Under the pieces are notes generated by a model. That model did no database searches. It saw nothing but the letters and a program-made list of their open reading frames with translations, and was not told where the DNA came from. A DNA stretch of 64,000 bases from a virus. Where the stretch lies: positions 1-64,000 of the IMG/VR virus record IMGVR_UViG_3300013212_000072; one strand, 5' to 3'. Within the stretch, counting starts at the first letter, position 1; the number at the start of each line of letters is the position of its first letter. This document shows positions 35,312-45,345 of the stretch, in pieces. Position numbers and translations under genes: made by a program.

Positions 35312-36858
35312 TGGCATCAGTTAATAATCATATTCTTACAATAACAGAGCCCGCTATTAAATTAGATACGGTTGCTTTTGAATCATTTGGAGAGGGTGAA
35401 CCAAATGTTACACGAGCGAATATTAGTAAAGGTTATCTCTTAATGGTTTCTATTAATGGATATATTTTTACTGATAAAGATATTTTAAGAATGACATTAA
35501 ATTGTGGTGGTCCTCTTCCAACAATAAACCTTACTATTTCAGATTCATTAGGTCTATTTAATATCGATACCTTTCCTAGAGATGGAGACGTTATCAATTT
35601 TAGAATGGGTACTCTTGACAAAACTACGTATAAAGATATTAGAATTGATTTTGATATTACAAGTGCAGATCAACCTCGACAAAACTCAGACGTTAGAGGA
35701 GGAAAGTATAATTTTTCAGGAAGAATTAAAGTGCCTGGACTATATGCAGATGAATGTAAGTCTTATGGAAAAGGAACTTCATTAGACCATATTGAAGCAA
35801 TTGCAAATGATTTAAAACTTGGAGTTGCAACAAACATTGATTCAGCCAATGATAAAATGAACCTGATTTTACCATATAGTACTAGATTTGATACATTGCA
35901 AGATTTGGTAAGACACTCATATATTGATGAGGATAGCTTCCAGACATATTGTATTGACCAATACTATTATATAAATTATGTTAACTTAAACACTTTATTA
36001 GAATCAGAAGAATCTTTTGAAGAGATGATTTACGCATACGATAAAGAATTTAATGATACACCTGGAAGCGGATCAGATGATTCAACTAATCAAAGTAAAA
36101 AAACACTTTTATTAACTAATCATAAAAGAGATATCGGTACAAATTTATTTATTGAAGCTCAATCTCTAATAAATAACGCTGGTAGTAAATTAAAAAAGAA
36201 TGGTTACAAAAGAACTCTTCAATTTTTTGAAAATGATTCAGATGAAGGATTAGTAAGTCATGAAATTGAACCCCTTTCCGGTAAAAACATGTCAGATATT
36301 GAAGAACCTATGAAAGGTAGAAGAGGCGAAGAGCGTTATAAAGGTGAAACTAAAACAAAATATACCGGTAGAAAAAACGCAGATCTAGAAACTTCGCATA
36401 CACATCTAAACTATGAGTATGCTGCAATAAGTAATGCGCAAAACATAGACGAGATTAAAAAAATGTCGTTAGAAGTTTCATTGGCAGCTTTTAATCCTGC
36501 AATACATTTATATCAAAAATTGCCTGTATTGATTTACACAGGACATCAACAAAAGTTAGGAGCTGATAAAGTTATTAAGGATGCTAAAAAAGAAAAAGGA
36601 TTTGATACTGTTGTAGATGAAGATGCTTCAATGCTCAATTCTGGAAGTTATGTAGTTGACGAATTTTTATCAGCATTCTATATTGTCGGAGGTATTGAAT
36701 ATACTTACAAATCAGGGGATTCTTCTGTTAAACAAAAATTAAGATTGCTAAGAAGAGAATGGCCAAGTAGGATTAATAACCTTAATCCAGAGACTGTTGC
36801 ACCAGCACCAACTTCCTCTATTACACCGGATCCTGTTGCAACTCCACCTAAGAATTAA
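35311..36858 (+). CDS. Baseplate hub protein (gp27-like)
   Basis: Lies between the gp53-like and gp5-like genes; C-terminal SAFYIV.GIEY...Q.L.L.RRE. Confidence 0.55.
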   Translation: MASVNNHILTITEPAIKLDTVAFESFGEGEPNVTRANISKGYLLMVSINGYIFTDKDILRMTLNCGGPLPTINLTISDSLGLFNIDTFPRDGDVINFRMGTLDKTTYKDIRIDFDITSADQPRQNSDVRGGKYNFSGRIKVPGLYADECKSYGKGTSLDHIEAIANDLKLGVATNIDSANDKMNLILPYSTRFDTLQDLVRHSYIDEDSFQTYCIDQYYYINYVNLNTLLESEESFEEMIYAYDKEFNDTPGSGSDDSTNQSKKTLLLTNHKRDIGTNLFIEAQSLINNAGSKLKKNGYKRTLQFFENDSDEGLVSHEIEPLSGKNMSDIEEPMKGRRGEERYKGETKTKYTGRKNADLETSHTHLNYEYAAISNAQNIDEIKKMSLEVSLAAFNPAIHLYQKLPVLIYTGHQQKLGADKVIKDAKKEKGFDTVVDEDASMLNSGSYVVDEFLSAFYIVGGIEYTYKSGDSSVKQKLRLLRREWPSRINNLNPETVAPAPTSSITPDPVATPPKN

Positions 36859-36887
36859 TTCTATTAAATAAAAATAATATATAATAC

Positions 36888-38099
36888 ATGTCAGATTTTA
36901 AAACACCAGTGGATTTTAGAAAGGGTTCCTACAGGACATACCCTTACCAAGATCCAACGTACCTTTCTTTTGCCTTATTATTCGATTTTTATGATATAGA
37001 AAGCTCACCTCTTCTTGCCGGAGGGGCTGAGGCATTTTTACTAGATTTAGCAGGAAGAGAAAGTAAAGATTCTTTTTATTTGGAAAGGCTTAATGACCTA
37101 GAAGCTTTTATAGAAGCATTAAAGCAAATTAATAAAGAATTGCCTTGGTTTTGGCAATCATTAAAAGGACTTGAAAGATTACAGCAATACAATCCTGAAA
37201 ATGCGTATATGGGAGGTGATGATGCAAAACTAGAAATTGAAACCTTAGAATCTTTAAATCTTACAATTTCAGGTTTAATGCATTTATATAGAAGAGCAAT
37301 ATTTGATGAAAGAAAGTGGAACTATATAATTCCAGCTAACTTAAGAAAGTTTAGAATGTGGGTATATGTTACTGAAGTACGTACAATTGCAATTGTTGAA
37401 GACGTAAAGGTAAATGGTATTCCTAAAAAAATGGATAAAAGTGCCGTAACTGGATTTCCCGGTAATTTTAAACCATCAATCGATACTGAAAATAAAAATG
37501 CTGGTATTTCTGGGCCAGAAGCCCGTCCTTATTTTATGATAGGATTAAAATATTGCGAGTTTGATTTAGCATCAGGAACTACTGTTTTTGCAGATCTTAG
37601 TAAAAATCCTGAGATGGCAAAAGAGGCACTTAAGATAAAATATGAAAAACTCGAAAAGGTTGAAGCTCGGGTATTAAATGGAATTATTAAAGAAACATAC
37701 CAAGCGGGTCAATTATCTCCCGCGCCTGACGCGGAAATGTTTTCATCTTCAAAGAAAACTCCTCTTGAATTCGCTAAAGATAAACTTAAAGGTAAACTTG
37801 ATAGCGTAGTTTCGAGTGCAAAGGAAGACCTTAAAGCACTTGCAGAAAAAAAGAAAGCAGAAGTCCTACAAAGATTAAAAGATGAAACAATTAATAGAAT
37901 TCCTAAATTTGAAAATGTATTTTCAAATTTTATAAGAAAGGTGGATCAACAAAGCACAACAGCCTTAAATAATGCAACTTCAAAAAGAAGCATAGGAGCT
38001 GCAATTAATGCAAATGTGTATGGTGTAGAACCAGGATCTACAATAGAACAAGGACTTAATAAAGCGGCAATTAATAGTTTAGGTAACGTTTATAAATAA
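36888..38099 (+). CDS. Tail-tube/baseplate-associated structural protein
   Basis: Context, plus WFWQSLKGL and NLRKFRMWVYVTE. Confidence 0.45.
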   Translation: MSDFKTPVDFRKGSYRTYPYQDPTYLSFALLFDFYDIESSPLLAGGAEAFLLDLAGRESKDSFYLERLNDLEAFIEALKQINKELPWFWQSLKGLERLQQYNPENAYMGGDDAKLEIETLESLNLTISGLMHLYRRAIFDERKWNYIIPANLRKFRMWVYVTEVRTIAIVEDVKVNGIPKKMDKSAVTGFPGNFKPSIDTENKNAGISGPEARPYFMIGLKYCEFDLASGTTVFADLSKNPEMAKEALKIKYEKLEKVEARVLNGIIKETYQAGQLSPAPDAEMFSSSKKTPLEFAKDKLKGKLDSVVSSAKEDLKALAEKKKAEVLQRLKDETINRIPKFENVFSNFIRKVDQQSTTALNNATSKRSIGAAINANVYGVEPGSTIEQGLNKAAINSLGNVYK

Positions 38100-38818
38100 T
38101 GGCAACAGATACTGAATTAGAAAAAGATAATATTAGGGAGACTCATTGGATAGGTGAAGTTGTTGATAATGCAGATCCAAAGAATTGGGGTAGATGCAGG
38201 GTTAAGGTATTTGGAAAATTTGATAAACTTCCTAACGATGCTATTCCATGGGCAACACCAATGAATAGAGATTTAGTTGGAGCTCACAATACTCCAAATG
38301 TTGGAACTATCGTTGCTGTCCGTTTTGATAATGGTAATCTCTATCACCCGGAATATTGGTTTCAAATCAATCAAAGTAAAGCTCTTAAAAAGGATGTCTT
38401 AGATAAATCAGGTGCGGCGCATAATGTTGTTTCACTTATATATGATGAAGTAAGAAATATAAGAATCTATCATTCGCCTGAAGATGGATTGGTAATTACC
38501 CGAGGAACCGGAGCCAAAGAACGTCCATTGATTCAAATTGATGAAAAGGGATTTATTAAAATTTCAACTAAAGACAAGATATTCTTAGACTCTGGAAACA
38601 TATTCTTAAGTAATACTGGAGAGGGAAGTGAGAATGAATCTGAGCCTGCGGTTCGTGGAGTTTCTTTAGAAAAATGGTTAAATAAATTATTGGATGACTA
38701 TAAAGCCCATATCCATCCAACACCGACGGGCCCTTCAGGTCCTCCTTCGCCACCGACTCCTTCGACAGTTTCAAGTCTTAAGAGTTCGCATATAACATAT
38801 CAGCAAAAGAATAAATAA
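38099..38818 (+). CDS. Baseplate central spike (gp5/gpV-like OB-fold)
   Basis: GEVVDNADP...GRCRVKVFG, PWA, P.VG..V.V.F, and a C-terminal HIH apex motif. Confidence 0.85.
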   Translation: MATDTELEKDNIRETHWIGEVVDNADPKNWGRCRVKVFGKFDKLPNDAIPWATPMNRDLVGAHNTPNVGTIVAVRFDNGNLYHPEYWFQINQSKALKKDVLDKSGAAHNVVSLIYDEVRNIRIYHSPEDGLVITRGTGAKERPLIQIDEKGFIKISTKDKIFLDSGNIFLSNTGEGSENESEPAVRGVSLEKWLNKLLDDYKAHIHPTPTGPSGPPSPPTPSTVSSLKSSHITYQQKNK

Positions 38819-38849
38819 TTGGGATAAATATCCTATAAATTAACACAAT

Positions 38850-41084
38850 ATGCCTGCACAGTGGCCAATATTTATTAATAACGTTTCCAAAAAACTGGCC
38901 AGTAGAACTTCTAAAGGTCCAGATGATATTGGTACGTTTGTTGCTAATGAATATTTTAATGCTGTTAAAACCGCACAAACTCCATTTGGAAATATCCATA
39001 AATCTGGACAAAAGCCAATACTTGAAGAGGGATTTAAAAAGGCATTCAATATGTTATTCAAATCTCTTGAACCTCAATTAGAAGATAAATTTGGAAATCC
39101 ATTATATGATGACATGTTTGAAAAACTTCCTGGAGTAGATTTAAGCACAAATCCGGATTGTGACTTTGAAGAGTGGACAATAAAGAATAAAGAAACGATA
39201 ACACCATTTGAATTCTATCCTTTATTTCCTACGACATGTATAATTCCAAAACCAATTGTTTCTCCAACTAATCTTTTTGGAGATATTGATATAACTTCTG
39301 AAAATGTAGATAACCAACCGGAACTTCGATATGTAACAATGTCCGTTTTTGGCGGTGATGGAACTTCTCCATACGAATTTACATATTCATTAAATGGAAT
39401 CGTACAACCAACATTGACTTCTGATAGCCAAGGAGTTGTAAAGTTCTTAGCTCCTACGGATCCTGGTAAATATGAGTATATTTTTATTAGTGCAATGGAT
39501 GCATCTAAACTGGCAGAAATTAAAAATATAGATAGAAGTGCTTCAATAGAAATAAAAGAAGACACAAAGGCAGTTGAAATTAAAGTCGATCCACCTGTAG
39601 CTTTTCAACTTGTAAAACCTATGACTGAAGCTCAGCAAGTTGATGAACTTACAAATAGAGTATTATACCAAAATGATGGAACTGAAACATATTTAGATTG
39701 GGTTGAAAGACTTCCATATCACGGGGATTTTGCTAGAAAAGTAAGTAAACAAGTTTTAGAATTTTTAGATAAAGAAACCAACTCTATAAAAACAGGAACT
39801 GGAATTAATGGACTTCCACAGACTAACGCAATTAGTCCAATCAATGTTACTAGATACAATTACGAAAGTCAACTCAATTCCGCGACTGAATCTATTAGAA
39901 AGGCAAAAGAAAAATATAATAAATTAGTTGAAAAAGATAATTCATCTAAGGTTAAAGTTGATTCAATTCAGAAAACGCATGCACGCGTTGAAGTGCTCCG
40001 ATCTGAAATTTTGCTAGAAAGAATTGAATTAGAGTATAAAAAAAAAAACGATTATAATAATTTTGGCACTAATGTAGTTTCAACATCTACATCCCCTAGA
40101 ATTGAAAGTTTAAATGAACAACTTGCAGTAGAATTACAGTTAATTAATATTGATGTTCTTAAAAAAAATATTAACAAGATTAAAGATATTGATTCAATTG
40201 ATTTTATAATGGCTAAGATTAAGATATACCAAAATGAATTAACAGTTGCACAATCAAATTCACGAAGAGATACTAATAAAATAGATACTTTAAATAGAGA
40301 ACTAACAGTACAATCTCTTCGTGTAATAAAACTTAAGAATAAAATCAAAAAAGAAGCAGCCACAAATGATAGATTATTTCAAGAAGAATATGATGATAGA
40401 CCTGATAGTATACCAAAATTCATAACTTCAAAATTGATATGTATATTTACATATGTTAAAGGAATTGATAATAATCAAAAAAACGCGCCAAGTAAGAACC
40501 CAATACTTGCGACTAATACTACTAGTTATAATAGTGGTTACGGTAACTTAAATGGAAATACAAAAAATGAAACATTTGGTCAATGGTCTAAGAGAACCGA
40601 ACCGGGCCGTATAAATGCAAAATTGACTAGGTATAATCTTGAAAAGGTTAAATATAGAGACCTAAAAATAAGACATATTAATCAAATAGCGGAAGATAAT
40701 AAAAAAGCTGGGAATGCATGCGGCGCCGATGATGCGTATTGCGTAATGTCAAAATGTATACTTGACTATTGGAAATCTACAGCAGCGCAGCCATTTGCAA
40801 CATCACCACCTATATTACCGTGTTTAATACCATCTCCTGGAAATTACATTCCAATATATTATGGAGATGAATCAAAATTAGGGGCAGATTTAAGAAGAGC
40901 ATGGAATACTGGTAAAAGATTTAAAATTGAACCAACTCTACAGACTGCTACAAAAGCAGTTGCAACTGCAGTTGCGGCATCATGCGCAAAGCATCTCTTA
41001 GATCTGAAATTCATATACAATGGACAAATACCAACACCTAGCGGTCCTGTTCCAATGATTGGTTTTTCACCATTGGCCTTATAA
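38850..41084 (+). CDS. Large virion-associated hypothetical protein
   Basis: 744 aa with an Ig-like segment and a central coiled coil, in the structural operon. Confidence 0.5.
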   Translation: MPAQWPIFINNVSKKLASRTSKGPDDIGTFVANEYFNAVKTAQTPFGNIHKSGQKPILEEGFKKAFNMLFKSLEPQLEDKFGNPLYDDMFEKLPGVDLSTNPDCDFEEWTIKNKETITPFEFYPLFPTTCIIPKPIVSPTNLFGDIDITSENVDNQPELRYVTMSVFGGDGTSPYEFTYSLNGIVQPTLTSDSQGVVKFLAPTDPGKYEYIFISAMDASKLAEIKNIDRSASIEIKEDTKAVEIKVDPPVAFQLVKPMTEAQQVDELTNRVLYQNDGTETYLDWVERLPYHGDFARKVSKQVLEFLDKETNSIKTGTGINGLPQTNAISPINVTRYNYESQLNSATESIRKAKEKYNKLVEKDNSSKVKVDSIQKTHARVEVLRSEILLERIELEYKKKNDYNNFGTNVVSTSTSPRIESLNEQLAVELQLINIDVLKKNINKIKDIDSIDFIMAKIKIYQNELTVAQSNSRRDTNKIDTLNRELTVQSLRVIKLKNKIKKEAATNDRLFQEEYDDRPDSIPKFITSKLICIFTYVKGIDNNQKNAPSKNPILATNTTSYNSGYGNLNGNTKNETFGQWSKRTEPGRINAKLTRYNLEKVKYRDLKIRHINQIAEDNKKAGNACGADDAYCVMSKCILDYWKSTAAQPFATSPPILPCLIPSPGNYIPIYYGDESKLGADLRRAWNTGKRFKIEPTLQTATKAVATAVAASCAKHLLDLKFIYNGQIPTPSGPVPMIGFSPLAL

Positions 41085-41123
41085 AACAAATATATAATTT
41101 ATTAACCTTTAAAAATAAAAACA

Positions 41124-42338
41124 ATGTCACAAGACGTTTTAACTAAACAAACAGAGAATCAACTAAACGATATCTCTAACTTTGATTGGGATTTGTATTC
41201 TGCAGATTGCCCATCTACTCTTAGAAAGATAAACCACCATGTAAAAGCTCCAGAAGGTGTTAAGGTGTATTCAAGAGAACCTTATGCCCAAGAACTTCTT
41301 AATTTAATGGAAAGTCACTGGAGTGAAAATACACAAACTCATATTATACATGCTGGAGAAACCCACACTGGTAAAGTGTACGCAGTAGATATGGAATGGG
41401 CATCTATCGATATTGGATATCGAGAAATGGTGTATGTTCAATTGTCAAAAGAATCTGCAATCTCAAGATCAAAATTAATTCCTGGAACTGAAATATCTGT
41501 TGAAATTACGGCAGAAAAAAGTAAAAGTACCAGAGGATTTGTATTAGGTTCCGTTGAAGCTGGTATTAAAGCTGCTACATTAAGAGAAATTTTAGCATCT
41601 GCTGAAACTGGAAATACTGCCTATATGGGAACTGTAACAAGTATGATTCCAGGTGGAGGTTACTTTGTTAATGTGCAAGGAGTCGATTGTTTCATGCCGG
41701 GATCCCTAGCAGGTATTAATAAACTTGCAGATTTTGGTTCTGTCATTAACACACAAATGTATGTAGTACCGATGAGTTACTCTCCTGAGAAAGGAACAGT
41801 AATTGTATCTCATAGAAAATATCTTCAAGCACTTATTCCAAATGCGATTGAAGACCTTAGAAATAATCCTGGAGAAACTAAAGAAGGTAACGTAACAGGT
41901 TCTACAAAATACGGAGTATTTGTTGAATTTGATAATTGTTTAACTGGAATGATTCATGCAAATGATTTAAACCCTGAAATGGCAAGAAAACATAAGGCTA
42001 GAGAAATTAATCCAGGTGATGTTATTGATTTTAAGATTAAAGAAATAATCAACAATGATAAAATAACATTGACTCAATTAGAGCATGTTGAAATTAACGA
42101 CCCATGGTCTGATGTTGCTACTAAGTATAAAAGCTTTCCAGTTGAAGTTAAAGGTACAATAAAATCTGTTAAAGATTATGGAGTATTTGTAGATGTTGGA
42201 GATGGAATTGTTGGATTACTTCACGTATCCGAACTTCCTGATAATGTTAAGGTTGATTCGCTTACAAAGAACGATAATATTACCGTTCAAATAACAAGAA
42301 TGGACGTAGCTACTAGAAAAGTTTTCTTGAAACTATAA
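41124..42338 (+). CDS. rpsA: Ribosomal protein S1 homologue (four S1 domains)
   Basis: S1 repeats ASIDIGY, GGYFVNV.GVDCFMPGS, YGVFVEF...GMIH and DYGVFVDVG.GIVGLLHVSEL. Confidence 0.8.
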   Translation: MSQDVLTKQTENQLNDISNFDWDLYSADCPSTLRKINHHVKAPEGVKVYSREPYAQELLNLMESHWSENTQTHIIHAGETHTGKVYAVDMEWASIDIGYREMVYVQLSKESAISRSKLIPGTEISVEITAEKSKSTRGFVLGSVEAGIKAATLREILASAETGNTAYMGTVTSMIPGGGYFVNVQGVDCFMPGSLAGINKLADFGSVINTQMYVVPMSYSPEKGTVIVSHRKYLQALIPNAIEDLRNNPGETKEGNVTGSTKYGVFVEFDNCLTGMIHANDLNPEMARKHKAREINPGDVIDFKIKEIINNDKITLTQLEHVEINDPWSDVATKYKSFPVEVKGTIKSVKDYGVFVDVGDGIVGLLHVSELPDNVKVDSLTKNDNITVQITRMDVATRKVFLKL

Positions 42339-42430
42339 TTGTTAATAACTTTAACATAAAATTAACAACCCAGATTTTAGGATCTGGGTTTTTTTGTTTA
42401 TATTTACATTATAATTAAAACAGATATATA
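42337..42430 (+). promoter_or_regulatory. Composite early promoter, terminator and late promoter
   Basis: AATTGTTAATAACTTT, an AACCCAGAT/ATCTGGGTT hairpin nearly identical to the one at 26061, TATATTTACAT, then GATATATA. Confidence 0.75.
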
Positions 42431-42434
42431 AAAC

Positions 42435-43223
42435 ATGAACAAATTTAAAACATACGGACAATTCTTAAATGAGTCAAATCAAGATAATATTGTTAATGTT
42501 ATTTTAGATTCGTTGGAACCTACAATTGTTGAAATGTTAGCTGCAACCGAAAAATGGTTTGTTGAGACCTTTAAACAGGAGTTTACTAAATATGACAGAG
42601 AGTATGCTAGAATCAATTTAACATACGATATGGTTAAATCTATTGAAATGTATACCTTACCAACCGATTCACTATTATCAATGAACGTGCGTAAGAGCGT
42701 TAAAGGAAATATTCAAATTGATGCTCAAATCCAAAGAGGAGAAAACACTTATAGTTTCCAAACTGAAGCGATTTATGCAGGAGGACATAACATTCAGAGA
42801 CTTCACTATAGATATATTGTTAAGACCAGCATTCCAAAAACTGGAGCTACCGAAATTGCTAAAGAATATGCAGACAAAATTAAGAAAATGTCTAAGCTTG
42901 AACAAATTAATAAAGAAATAAATAGTTACAAGCAACGTATTAAAATAGAACAAGAAAAACTTGAAGTTAACTCTAAATTAACAGATGATGAGATTAAGGC
43001 AAAAAGTGATTATGTATGGCCGACTTGGAAAGAAATTGTAAAGAGAGATGCTGCTAAAAATTATAATAATGACGAAGCATACTACTATCAAGAACAAGAA
43101 AGAAGCATCCAAGCTCAAATCGATAGTTGGAAACGAATTAATGTTACTTCAATACAAACGTGGTTAGTAAGCGTTAACAAATCACTTCAAAAACTTATAG
43201 CAAAACGGGATTCTATGGTATAG
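42435..43223 (+). CDS. Hypothetical protein with a capsid-targeting-like peptide
   Basis: MNKFKTYGQFLNES; contains AGGHNIQRLHYRY. Confidence 0.65.
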   Translation: MNKFKTYGQFLNESNQDNIVNVILDSLEPTIVEMLAATEKWFVETFKQEFTKYDREYARINLTYDMVKSIEMYTLPTDSLLSMNVRKSVKGNIQIDAQIQRGENTYSFQTEAIYAGGHNIQRLHYRYIVKTSIPKTGATEIAKEYADKIKKMSKLEQINKEINSYKQRIKIEQEKLEVNSKLTDDEIKAKSDYVWPTWKEIVKRDAAKNYNNDEAYYYQEQERSIQAQIDSWKRINVTSIQTWLVSVNKSLQKLIAKRDSMV

Positions 43224-43296
43224 TTATTTTTTACTTGGATATATAACCTAACTTAAGTTAATATATCCAAATTGAATGAATACTCTATAAAAAATA

Positions 43297-43345
43297 ATGA
43301 GTTTGGGTTTTATTCTTAGATATATAGAATAAAACCCAAACTCAT
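43297..43345 (+). promoter_or_regulatory. Perfect 20-bp hairpin covering the endonuclease start codon, with a late promoter in the loop
   Basis: ATGAGTTTGGGTTTTATTCT-tagatatat-AGAATAAAACCCAAACTCAT(G). Confidence 0.8.
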
Positions 43346-44033
43346 GTTTCATTATGTTTATATTGTAAAACATCCGCAAACTGGTGAATTTTACTATGGA
43401 AGTAGAACTAGTTATGTTTTGCCAGAATTAGATGATTATAAAGGCTCGATGTGCAAATGGAAAGTTAATAAATTTGAATTAATTAAAACAATAGTTAAGA
43501 CATTTAATTCCAGAGAAGAAGCATATTTATTTGAAAGAGAAATAATATTAAAAAATATAAGACATTCATTAAATAGAAATTATGCAATTCCATCAAAACA
43601 CGGTGCCGGCGCACTACCTGGTCCAAAAAATTCTTTTTTTGGTAAAAAACACACCGATGAATCTTTAATTAAAATGAAAGAAAACTCAAATAATGCAGGC
43701 GTTAATAATCCAATGTTTGGAAAAGAGCATAAAGATGTATCTAAAAAGAAAATGTCTATTAAAAAAATAGGCCTTTACAATGGCGTAAATAATCCGATGT
43801 CTAAAAAACTATATCAATATGATATAAATGGAAATCTAATGAATATATGGGATTGTGCAACTCTATGCGTGAAACATTATGGTGATATTGGTATTAATTT
43901 ATCTAGAGGTAATATTTCCAATAGCGCAAAAAACAATTCAATTGAAGATACTTCGTTAAAAAGATTAAATGTATTTATCTTTTCATTTTCAGAGATAGAT
44001 ATAGTTAGATTTAATAAATTTAAAAATAAGTAA
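43344..44033 (+). mobile_element. Free-standing GIY-YIG homing endonuclease (NUMOD3/NUMOD1)
   Basis: HYVY...YYGSR, YKGS, NSFFGKKHT, NPMFGKEH and YQYDINGN. Confidence 0.85.
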
Positions 44034-44037
44034 TATA

Positions 44038-45330
44038 ATGAATAATCTAAATGAATCTGACATTTTATCTAAATCTCTTATAGGTTGTGAATTTGAGTTC
44101 TACTCAAATTTTAGTGCTGAAGATACTGCAAAAAAACTTGAAAAACTGCTTGGCAAAAAGATTCACGTCGAGGATAAAGCACATAGCGATTTTGAAGTAA
44201 CTCGCGATGAATTTAAAATAGAACCTGACATGTCGGGTGGAGCTAAACTTCTTGAGTTAGTTACTGGAGCCCTTCCATATACTGCAGCCAGACTAATGAT
44301 AATTAATGTTTGTCAATGGATTCAAGAGAATGGATATACAAATGATAGGTCTTCGATTCACTTAAATCTTTCATTTGATAAATCAAAAATTGAAAACAAG
44401 TATCGTATTTCTAAGATGAATGTTCTTAAATTCATTTTAGATTTTAATGAAGAGCAAGTATTCAAATTCTTTCCTAAAAGAGAAAACTCAGCCTACGCAA
44501 AATCTATTAAATTTGTCCTACCAAAAGAGGACACGTACTTCTTTGATGGAAAGCATATCAATCAACAAAACTTTATCTACCCTGATACAAAATATTATGG
44601 GATAAATTTTGACAAAAGACATAAAAATTATCTGGAATTCCGCTATATTGGAGGAGAGGACTGGGAAAAGAAAACAACTACAATTCTTTATTTAGTTGAC
44701 CGTTTCCTACTTCAATTATGGAAATCAACCGAAAACCCAGACTTTACGGAATTAAATGCAATTGAATTAAAAAAAATAGTTGCAGATAACCAAAGAATAA
44801 TCGATGCTAGAAAGGACTGGAAAACAATTAAAGATAATTGGAAAAATGTTAAGTTCACTGTCGACATGGATGACAATCCTAAAGTAGTAGATTTATATTG
44901 GACTTCTGTCAAAGAACGTGTAATGAAATTATTTACACATGGAGACCTTAGCAAAGGACATATTAATTATGATACTGACGCTGGTAAAATCCAAGTAAAT
45001 GGAGGTCGTTTAGAATATTGTGTTGACCTTAGAGGGTATGAATTTGTGAATTGTTTCTTGCGAGGAGAATTTACCGAATGCGATATGTATGGATGTGATG
45101 TTAACGGTTCTGATATTCATTATTGTAATTTCTACCAATCAACACAACTTAATAGTTCTAAATTAGATGGTTCTTATGTTCATGGAACATGTACCGCAAA
45201 TGATTGTTATGTCTATGGAAAAGGAACTTTTAAAGGAACAATGAATGGAGGAATCTTTAGAGAGGGTTCATTTGATAAAAAACTGGCTAGATTTAATGAT
45301 GTTGAAATTATTAAATCTAGAGCAATATAA
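44038..45330 (+). CDS. Putative amidoligase (COOH-NH2 ligase type 2) with a C-terminal beta-helix-like tail
   Basis: IGCEFEF, IEPD.S, LELVT, SIHLN, KY.GIN and LEFR. Confidence 0.7.
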   Translation: MNNLNESDILSKSLIGCEFEFYSNFSAEDTAKKLEKLLGKKIHVEDKAHSDFEVTRDEFKIEPDMSGGAKLLELVTGALPYTAARLMIINVCQWIQENGYTNDRSSIHLNLSFDKSKIENKYRISKMNVLKFILDFNEEQVFKFFPKRENSAYAKSIKFVLPKEDTYFFDGKHINQQNFIYPDTKYYGINFDKRHKNYLEFRYIGGEDWEKKTTTILYLVDRFLLQLWKSTENPDFTELNAIELKKIVADNQRIIDARKDWKTIKDNWKNVKFTVDMDDNPKVVDLYWTSVKERVMKLFTHGDLSKGHINYDTDAGKIQVNGGRLEYCVDLRGYEFVNCFLRGEFTECDMYGCDVNGSDIHYCNFYQSTQLNSSKLDGSYVHGTCTANDCYVYGKGTFKGTMNGGIFREGSFDKKLARFNDVEIIKSRAI

Positions 45331-45345
45331 AAATAAAATAAAAAG

